Positions 37,984 to 47,400 of a stretch of 64,000 nt of DNA are shown piece by piece. Location of the stretch: positions 7,991-71,990 of IMG/VR virus record IMGVR_UViG_3300036785_000370. One strand, given 5' to 3'. How positions within the stretch are numbered: position 1 is the first letter of the stretch; each line of letters opens with the position of its first letter. The DNA comes from a virus. The notes under the pieces are model-generated. The model saw only the letters and a program-made list of their open reading frames with translations, was not told the DNA's origin and searched no databases. The position numbers and the translations under genes are program-made.

Positions 37984-38778
37984 ATGGGCGGCGCATTTGG
38001 AGGCGGCGGTGGTAGTGCACCAACAGCTCCAACACTTAAACAGGTAGATACGAGCCTGACCGGCGACCTTTACAAAACTTCGTCCCAGATCGGAGACGAG
38101 TGGGCGAACCTGATGCGCGGGAGCTATGGGCTTGGTCAAAGCACCGGGCCGGCTACGCCCTGGATGCAACCGCTCGGACACGGCGCGCTGGCGATGATGG
38201 GACAGGCAAATCTGCCGTGGGAAGGAAAGCAAGATCCGCAGGTGGTGGGGACACTGGGAAAAGCCTTCGGCCCAGGGGCCGTCGGCGCGCTCGGGGAAGG
38301 CGTCTGGCAAAATCCGTTCCTGATGGCGCGGCAACTCGGTGAAGCGCCACTGACTGAATTACAGCGGAACCAACAATTCACGAGCAGCCTGGCAAACCAA
38401 TGGAAGCCGCCCGACTTGAGATTGACCGGCACGGATCTGCTCAACGTTAAGATGCAGCAGATGACACAGAACGCGCAGGCGCAGCAGGCCGCATTTGAGG
38501 CTGCTTTACAGGGGTCAAGCGCAGCATCGGCAGCGCAGTCCGCGGCGCAATCGGCCGCGATAAGCGGGATCGGGAAAGTAGCTGGAGCAGGCATTCAGGG
38601 ATTCTTCGGTAACAGCCCGTCGCTTAATTCAACTGGTTATTACCAGACTCCGCTGGGACTCGCCTTTTCACCCGGTGGCACGCCGGGAGGAACTGGTGGA
38701 ACGGATTATTCGGCGCCGCCAACGGACGTGAATCCCGGCGGCGGCCTCGTATCAAACACTTCAGGATTTGGGAGCTAA
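37984..38778 (+). CDS. Putative ejection protein
   Basis: MGGAFGGGGG.AP start resembling 36571; Gln/Ala-rich. Confidence 0.55.
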   Translation: MGGAFGGGGGSAPTAPTLKQVDTSLTGDLYKTSSQIGDEWANLMRGSYGLGQSTGPATPWMQPLGHGALAMMGQANLPWEGKQDPQVVGTLGKAFGPGAVGALGEGVWQNPFLMARQLGEAPLTELQRNQQFTSSLANQWKPPDLRLTGTDLLNVKMQQMTQNAQAQQAAFEAALQGSSAASAAQSAAQSAAISGIGKVAGAGIQGFFGNSPSLNSTGYYQTPLGLAFSPGGTPGGTGGTDYSAPPTDVNPGGGLVSNTSGFGS

Positions 38779-38781
38779 CTT

Positions 38782-39489
38782 ATGGCATTCGATAGCGCAG
38801 CAGCAGGACGCAGCGTTCAGTTCGCGGAACTACCGCATCACAATATTCAGATCCCCGGGGTGCAGTTTTACCATCCGCCGTGGCAGCTCGCTCAGATGGC
38901 GGTCGAAGCCAGGCAGAAGATGTACGCGATGATGTTGCAGGGATTGGACAGCGTTCTTGGCGCTACTGATCCAGTGAACATCGCCAAGAGACGCGCGGCG
39001 ATTGCGAACGCCAATTTTGAAATAGGGTCGCTGCCATACAAACAACAGGAATTACAATATAATACGATGATGCTTAAGGCGAAATCCGACTGGTATAGTG
39101 ATCCAGCTAACAGGGGGAAACCGTTCCCCTGGCCCGCCACCTACTCCGAGGCTAATCAGGCGCTGACTTTTAACCAGAGGTCAGCTGATCAAGCAAGGGG
39201 CCAAGCTGCTAATACTGATCCAACGAAAGGCGGAAATGTGCCTCCGAACAAAATCGTGCCTTCTGTTAACACGCCGACGGTGGTTCCGACGCCGCAGAAA
39301 ACCACTTACGAAGAGAACGTGCAGAAATTCGGGCCGCTTCCCGGCAACTTGACTGACGACTGGTGGAATAAGAATAACGCGCAGCCCGCTGCACAGCCTG
39401 CACTCATTGGCCCTCCGATGGAAACTGAAACCAGCGATACCGACACTGACACTGGAGGCACTTCCACGGCGGGGCCGCGGGATGTATAG
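38782..39489 (+). CDS. Putative internal virion protein
   Basis: Position and composition. Confidence 0.45.
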   Translation: MAFDSAAAGRSVQFAELPHHNIQIPGVQFYHPPWQLAQMAVEARQKMYAMMLQGLDSVLGATDPVNIAKRRAAIANANFEIGSLPYKQQELQYNTMMLKAKSDWYSDPANRGKPFPWPATYSEANQALTFNQRSADQARGQAANTDPTKGGNVPPNKIVPSVNTPTVVPTPQKTTYEENVQKFGPLPGNLTDDWWNKNNAQPAAQPALIGPPMETETSDTDTDTGGTSTAGPRDV

Positions 39490-39498
39490 GAGGACACA

Positions 39499-41466
39499 AT
39501 GAATGGTGACGATCCCAATGCTGCTCTAACTCTCCGAGGGCTACCTCCAACGGCGGAGGCACAACCAGAGGAAGAAGAAGCGCCGCCGACGGCGCCAGGC
39601 ACCGTATCTGTTCAAGACGCGCCTGAACACATGCCGTTGCCGCCTGAGACAATGGTGGTTCGCGGGATGTATTACGGAAAAAATTTCAAGGAATTCAACC
39701 ACGATGCTAACTACGGGCCGGAAGGTCAGGAATTGCAGGATGACGACGTCGCCTTAAGCCCAAACGTAGCAGATCGGCTGGGATTGACACGCGGCGACAA
39801 GGTCTGGGTCGGCAACCAGTTGCATACCTACAACGACGTTAGTGCCTACACGCCGACGCACATGACGACCGATTCGGTCGAGGTCCGGAATTATCCATTG
39901 GACGGCAAAATACAGATCCGAAAAGCTCTACCAGAAGAGGTGCAGCGGCAGTCCGGCCGCGATTTGCGTCAAATGCCGGACGCGCGGCAGGCATCGTACA
40001 TGACCGGGCTCGATCCATCGCAGATTACCGCCCAGAGCGTTAACGCATTTCTTCAACCACAGATCGAGCGGCAGCGCGGACTGATTGCTGGCAACGTCAC
40101 AGGGGCATCCACTGAAGATTGGAACCTGGATCAGCTGAACCAACAGAACGAGGTCGCAGCATCTGCATCGGCCGACTCATCTGGCGAGGTTACACCTGAG
40201 AGCATGGGGTTGGAGCCCAGCTTGTCGTCCCAGCTCGGTGCCGCCGGCAATGTAACAGAGAGCGCTCCAGGCCAAGGAATGCCAGTTCCCGACATGAGCG
40301 GGGCGCACATTGTTGAAAGGCCGTCAAACGGCGACCTGGTTTGGAGCAATGGCGTAGTCGGGCATCCCCAGAATGGTTCAGTCTCATATACAGTCGGGCC
40401 GCAAACAGTCGTATGGTATCCGAACGGGAAAACCAAGAGTTACGACACCATCAGTGTCTACCGTGATCCGGCCACGGGTTATACGTATAACAAGAACGCG
40501 CCTGGGATGCCGCGTCTACACCTCGAAGGACAGATCGAAGATCTCAAGCCCTTACCCAACGGACAGCTACCAACTGGAGAAGCAGCACTGGACGGCCTTA
40601 CCGAACCGCAAAAGAGCATCATCAAGATGATCGCCAATTACCAGATGGTGTTGCCGCCAGGGGCGATGAGGAGCCCGGCGTTCTTGCCGTATCTGGCACG
40701 AGTAAGTGCTTACGATCCTGACTATTCAATGATGAAAGCTGCCGGCAGACAGCAGATGATTAAAAGCATCGCCAGCATGAATCCCAACAGTGCCGGATAC
40801 ATGATCCAGTCGGCCAACACTATGCTTGAGCATCTACGAGATCTTTACGAAGACTCCCAAAAGCTGCCTCTGCACGATTGGAAGACGGGCAACAAATTTG
40901 AAAATTTCCTTAAAGACAACGCTGGTTCTCCAACGGTAAGCAACTTCCAATTCGACAAGACCGCGCTATTGACCGAGCTAACCAAAACGTTGAAGGGCGG
41001 AGTCGCAGATGACAGTGACATGCGGCGATGGGAACAGTCATTAAATGCGGCCGATTCCGCGGCTCAGATGAACGACATAATCAAGAAAGATTTCCCGAAC
41101 ATCTTGGCTGGGCGACTCAATGGATTCAGGACGCTGTATCAGGACGTGATGGATCATCCGTTTGAAAAGACCGATCGCAAGACAGGTGTGAGAACCACGC
41201 TCGTATCACCTCAGAACTCGGCGTGGCTGAAGAGCATCGGTTACGACGGCAACATTGACGCCGGCGATCCTGTCCCGCAACCGACGAAGGAAACCCAGAA
41301 CGTTCAAGCTGGTCTTCCTCCCAAAGGCACTATTGATACGCAGGGAGCAATGCTTTGGCTGGCTCGGAACCCTGACGCTCCAGGTAGTGCAGAGGTAAGG
41401 GATAGGCTACAGAGGATGGGGGCTTTAACGACACCGTCTCCACCGCCAGCCACGGCATCGAAATAA
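39499..41466 (+). CDS. Putative ejection protein with N-terminal 3D/double-psi-barrel-like segment
   Basis: DDVALSPNVADRLGL..GD.V...YND; helical C-terminal half. Confidence 0.5.
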   Translation: MNGDDPNAALTLRGLPPTAEAQPEEEEAPPTAPGTVSVQDAPEHMPLPPETMVVRGMYYGKNFKEFNHDANYGPEGQELQDDDVALSPNVADRLGLTRGDKVWVGNQLHTYNDVSAYTPTHMTTDSVEVRNYPLDGKIQIRKALPEEVQRQSGRDLRQMPDARQASYMTGLDPSQITAQSVNAFLQPQIERQRGLIAGNVTGASTEDWNLDQLNQQNEVAASASADSSGEVTPESMGLEPSLSSQLGAAGNVTESAPGQGMPVPDMSGAHIVERPSNGDLVWSNGVVGHPQNGSVSYTVGPQTVVWYPNGKTKSYDTISVYRDPATGYTYNKNAPGMPRLHLEGQIEDLKPLPNGQLPTGEAALDGLTEPQKSIIKMIANYQMVLPPGAMRSPAFLPYLARVSAYDPDYSMMKAAGRQQMIKSIASMNPNSAGYMIQSANTMLEHLRDLYEDSQKLPLHDWKTGNKFENFLKDNAGSPTVSNFQFDKTALLTELTKTLKGGVADDSDMRRWEQSLNAADSAAQMNDIIKKDFPNILAGRLNGFRTLYQDVMDHPFEKTDRKTGVRTTLVSPQNSAWLKSIGYDGNIDAGDPVPQPTKETQNVQAGLPPKGTIDTQGAMLWLARNPDAPGSAEVRDRLQRMGALTTPSPPPATASK

Positions 41467-41467
41467 A

Positions 41468-44400
41468 ATGCCAGAGAGTACGATCACTCTCGGAGGTCCG
41501 CCAATTCAAGCTTCGCTTGGTGGGCCTCCCCAGCCGCAGCCGACCGCAACGCCGTTTGATCCAAACGCGTTCCTTAAAGCTACTCAGGATCAGCAAAACG
41601 TTCAGGAGGATTTTGATCCTAAAACCTTTATTCAACAGGCGGACCAGGCCGAATCGTCATTTAACCCTGACGAATTTGTGAAGAAGGTGGACGAAAGCGC
41701 CCCTTCGATGGTGATTAACGCCGCACTACAGGGCGACGCCAATGTGCATCCAGCGCAGATCGCCACGGCCGAGTCGGCTCAATTCGCCGATCAAAGTCCA
41801 CAGGAAAAGTTGTGGAACGGTATGCTCGGCATGTGGCAGCAAGTGCCGGACTGGCACCACCTTTTAGGCTCTTTTGAGGACGGCGCAAAGAAGATCTGGA
41901 ATCTTCCTCTGGAATGGAACCAGCAGCTTATGCAGCCGACGACCCATCCACTTGGGCCGCCTATGCAGGACACCAGTAACGCGTATTTGTATGCGAAAAC
42001 TGGTGACCCGAAGTATGGGCCGTGGGGTGTAGGGCTGAAGCCAGCTACTGGACCCGAGGAGATAACGGAATTACCTGCGTCGGCGTTAAAAGTGGGAGAG
42101 CAGGTAGCGGGATTAGCTGGCAAAGAAGCAGAACTTTCGACGCCATATCCTGGTGGGCCGAAAAGTTTCTGGGCGCAGGCGGTGTCGCAAGCAGTGCCTG
42201 GGATTGGACCGTTCATGGCTCCCGAGATCGGAAAGAAAGTCGCGGAGGCAACCGGGGAAGCCACAGAAGCTACCAAGCAGCAATATAACAAAGAGCTTAC
42301 CGCCGTCGCCGAGGGCTCGGACATCGTTCGACAACAGGCGATGGAATGGGCGAATGCCTACCAGAAATACATGGACATCGATCCCAACTCGTTGGCCGCG
42401 CAGATTGCCGATAACGGGATCTGGTTTTTAGCTCCTGCTATCGGGCCAGAGGCAGAAATCGCTGAACTAATAAGTAACATGGTCGCCAAGAGCGCCAGAT
42501 ACACAGTGGGCACGCTCGGGTTGGGTGCATCATACGCTCTTCCTGCTGGGCTTAGGATCGCTGGGGCCGCTACCGTCGATACTGCTTTAAGAAAATATTT
42601 CAATTTGCCAGAGGGCACAGCGGCAGTGCTGACTGCTGCTGGAGTTTTGCCAGCAGAACTAGCAGCCAAAGGAGGCATGGGCAGGTTTTTGTCCAACCAA
42701 TTGCATAAAGCGATTTTGGGCTCATCACAGGAAGATTTCAGGGACGGCATGAAAGCACTTTTGGCGCATGGCGATCTCAATGTAGTGGACTCGCTCCAGT
42801 ATAAGACGGCTCAAGAACTCAACGAAGCGCGGCAGGACGTAGCAGATCTCACAGCAGCCGGGAAGGATACCTCAAAGGCCGACAAGCTGGTTAAAGATCT
42901 AGAGATCAAACATGACAGCATCTTAAATCAGAGATGGACTCAACAGTTCATGGAAGACTGGTCGAACAGGGCGGCGACCGCGGCCGTGAACACTGGGGTG
43001 GGTGCTATGGCGGGAGCGACATTCGGATATGGTGCTGCGCCAACAGGGGAAGAAGCGCCTTACATGGCCAGTGGCGCAGCCGGAGGCGCAGCGATTGTGC
43101 TTCCATTTGCGGTCCACGGCGCGTGGCGTTCACAACTGAGGAACCGAGCCAATTATGGCGCACGCGTTTTTGAAGGGGTATCAAAAGACGCAGGTTTCGA
43201 TCCAGACTATGGCCCTTACGTTGGAGCAGCAAAGAGAGCTGAGACCGCTCAAACTAACGGGTTAATCAGACTTAGCACACGAGGAAGCCCTGATGGAGAG
43301 AAACAGCTTTTTGTTAAACGCGGCTGGGATTTGTTGAACGCCGCGCGCGAACAATTACCGGACTTCAAAGAACCATCGTGGCCAGAAGAAGCGCCGCAGC
43401 CGGTGCAGCAACCAGGGACGCTCATAGCGACTCCACAGGGTTTGGCTCCGGCCCCACCGCCGGTTCCGCGTGAATTGCGGCCGATGCCGAAATCGGTTCT
43501 TGATCAATTGCCAGATGGCTTCGTGGGCAAGGATGGAAACGCCTACAGCAACGGAGACAGAATCAACAATGGCGTCGCGCTTCACGAGTCGCGGCACATA
43601 TCGCAGATGATAGGCGGCATCCTGCGCGCGGCCAAACCGGAATTGATGGAGCGGTTTGGCAACACTTATGATGCTTTGCGCGGCATACCACAGCCTGGCG
43701 CACGCGGGTTCACTCTGATGCCGGAAACCCGATCGACACCTGAGTATCTTCGAGCGGAGCGGGATGCAGACATCGGTAGACTAGTTCTCAAAGACAAGCC
43801 GATTGGATTGCTTTACGGAGGTGAACGTCCCGGTGACGTTGCGTCCCGCTGGGCGAGACAGCTCCTCTACAAATTCATGCCTGAGAAACTCCTGCCCGGT
43901 CCCAAGTTCGATCCGTTATTGGGTACTCCTTCAACAGGACAGGATCGCGTGGAAATGTTGCGCCAGCTATACCGTGATGGCGCGCTCGCGCAGAAGAACA
44001 GATTTTTGCGCGAGCCAGTCGCACCGAGCGCACAACCTCCAGCAGCAGGCGGCGCGGCCGCACCGCCGGCGCATCCGTTTGATCCTTTCTCGCCGGACGA
44101 ACAGGCGGTGGGGCACGATGTGATGCGAATTGCGACCGATCCAAAAACCAAAGGAACGCCGATCGGCGTAAAATTCACGCCTGAGAATGTAGCTGCAGCG
44201 ATCCAAGAAGCCAAAGACAACGGCGTCGAGGTTAACTTTCAGAACATCGCCGATCGGGTGATAGCAGGTCCGAGTCAACGGCCGCCAGTGCCGCAAGGTC
44301 CAGTCGTTGTCCCGCAGCCGAAACCCGAGCCACAGGGCCCAGTCGTAGCTCCGCAGCCGCCGCAACCGGAGCCTCAAGGTCCAGGTGTTGTTCCAGCGGC

Positions 44401-47400
44401 TCCGCATCCGGCTGACGGTTATGAATCGGCACGGATCCGCGGCGAGGACGCGATGCGGCAGAAGCTAATTAATTCCAAGCGTGCGGACAAGGAAGCCGTG
44501 ATCGCGCGTGCAGGGATAGAAGAAGCAGCTAAAGACCACGCCAAAGTGGTCGGGCCGGACTCAGATTTGATCACGTGGCGCACCAATAAATACAACAAAT
44601 CATCCATCTGGGGTACTCGAACCGATGCGAACGATCCGTTTCACCAGATGATAATGAAGCGGGCGAACCTGTCTGATGAAGCGTCTAAGAATCTGGCCGA
44701 CATCGAGGCAAACATGGGTAAGCCCATAACGGTGGATTACGAGCACGCGCCCGGCGAAGGCGGTGAGACTGAGACCGATCGTGCTGAACGGGAAGCTGCT
44801 CGCCGGAAAGCCGGCGCTCCGCAGCGTGTGGCAGGTGAAGGCGAGCGAGAAATACTGACAAAATCGTTCGTGCCAACTTCGATCGAATATTTCCCGCTGG
44901 CCAACGTATTCCAAGCGCATGGGTTTAGCCCAGACAAATTCACTAAGAACGCTCAGATCGTCATAGGCGAAGCCAAGAGGATGGGTTACAAGACCGCGGC
45001 TGAAGTCGCGGCTGATCCTGAAAAGCTCAAGGGTAGCAAGCTCACTTTTGATGGCGTGCACGATCCGTTGATCGTCCAGTATTTCCACCAAACGACCGAG
45101 AATTACCAGAATGGTTACTCGGCGAGCGGCGATCCGATCAAAGGCGCAACCGAAATTAAAGGTGGCAAAACTGTGCCGGTCGTCCCGAACCCAGATTACA
45201 CTCCGCATGTAATCCCGCGGGATTATCGCGACCAGATCAACGCGATGATGGGGAACACTTCGGCCAAGACTGGACAGAAAGCTCTGGCAAAAGCAGCGAA
45301 GACTGGCGAAAAACCTGTCCCGAGTCCAGAGCAGGCCGCAAAGCAAGAGCTAGCAAAACAGAATTACAAGGCACAACCATATTTTAATCCTGAGACAGGC
45401 GAAGTGAACAAATTCCGCAAGGACATGGGTGCGGACGCAGCAGCGAAACTTTCGCCAGTCGCAACCGAAAATCTTGATCCTAATCTGATCAAAGGCGATG
45501 TGCGCGAGGGCGCGGCACTCAACGATTACGAAACGCTTCGGCCGAGCGGATATAATGGCGACCGAGGACAGTTCGCGGCGAAAGGAGTGCCGAAATCGGA
45601 GTATGTGGCCTCTGCGCTCATGCCATCGACGGCTCAAGAAGGTGAGTTCAGGCCGACGCCAGAGGAGATCGAGCAAGGCCGTGCACGCGGCCGCATTGGA
45701 TCGCCTGGGCTCTGGGACACGGCGCAGACCGCCGGGCACGCCGACGAATTGGCAGCGCAACTAGGCGTCGATCCGAAGAAACGTTTCTGGGAACAGAAGC
45801 CCGAGAACCGCCAGAAGATCCAAGATTATTACAAGTGGACTGGCCAGGCGCAATACATGCCGGCCACAGCTGGCTACGATCCTGCATTTAAGCAGCCAGA
45901 GCCAGTGTCAGACGACGTTCTGCGCGCCGCTCTCTCGAGCAATAAAGTTCCGTTTGTAGGCACCAATCGTGATCTTCCAGCAGGCACTCCTATCAGTTCG
46001 CGCATCGATATCCCGTCTTTCCTGCGCTCTGGGATTTACGCGCAAACGATTCACGCGCCGAAGATCGGAAAGAACCTCGGATACGATTCGATCGTTCGCA
46101 TGAAAGGTCCGGTTACTTTCACCGTGCGAGAATCGACGGCCGAGAAGATCAAGAACAGGGAGATGAACAAGGCGCCGATCGCTGCGACAGAAGGGAAATA
46201 CGATCCTGATCGCACGCTGCCGGCTGACATCAACGACTTGAGTAAATGGACGCCTCTGGGCTTCGATCCAATGGAGCACAGTTATTTTTATGATAAGACC
46301 AGCGGCGAGCCGGTGATACGTGCGGATGAGGCGATCCACATCGGTAACACGGTCTACGTCAAGAACCCAGTTTACGGGCAGTCCGCCAATTTCAGATACA
46401 TGCCGTCGACAGCCCCACAATCAGAAGAGTTCAATAGATGGAGCCGCGGCGCACCGGTTGTTCTTGATTCCGCGCCGTTTGATCCAGGGATGTTTTCCAG
46501 TGGTCTGCATCTGCGTGTTGTTGAATCGGGAGTGTCAATTGTAGATAGGGACGGGAACGTAGTTCGAACCATAAGAGACGCACCAGGGACGTCCGCTATG
46601 GGTAGAGCGTCTTACGTGCTGGGACGGTTGGCCGAAGAAGCGCGTTTGAAGGCGGCGCAAGAACATGCCGCGTCCACGTATCAGACAGGCAGGTCAGTAG
46701 TCGTAGGCGCTTACCACGGCACGCCTAACAAAGACTTCACTGTATTTGAACCTGCCATGATGGGTAGCTACACCGGAGCGCCTTCAGCTGAAGAGGGATT
46801 CTTTTTTGCTGGCAAACCTGACACCGCACAAGCTTACACAATCCCGAGATCCGAGAGTTATAGGCATTCCGTTGAGGAATATTACGACAGATACGGTAAG
46901 ATGAAATGGAGGGTGCATGATCCTTACGATAATGTGGTTGCTGATGGATTTCAGAGCGAACCTGAAGCGGTTGATACAGCAATGGCTCTCCAAAGCGCAA
47001 CTAGAGCAAGTATGCCACGAGGCTTGCACGAAGTTTTCGTAAGGTTCGAAAACCCGTTAGTTCACGATTTCGGCGGAGATGAATACCGCGAGAAAAGCTA
47101 TTACACCCTAATTAAGCAGGCCAAGGACGAAGGTCGCGACGGGGCTATCTTCACTAACACATACGATGGCGGCGGCCAGCCAGATAACATCTTTGTTACT
47201 TTCAGGAGTAACGACATCAAATCTACCGCGAACATGGCTCCCACGGAGCATCCTGATATTCATTTAATGCCATCCACGGCGCGTCCCGAACGATTGGATC
47301 GGCCGGCGATCATGCGGAAAGAAGACGAAAAAGTATTTCCAGCTGTCAGGGCGGGAATGCACGCTGAGATTCCGGATGAGTATCCAATCGACCTGGCGGA

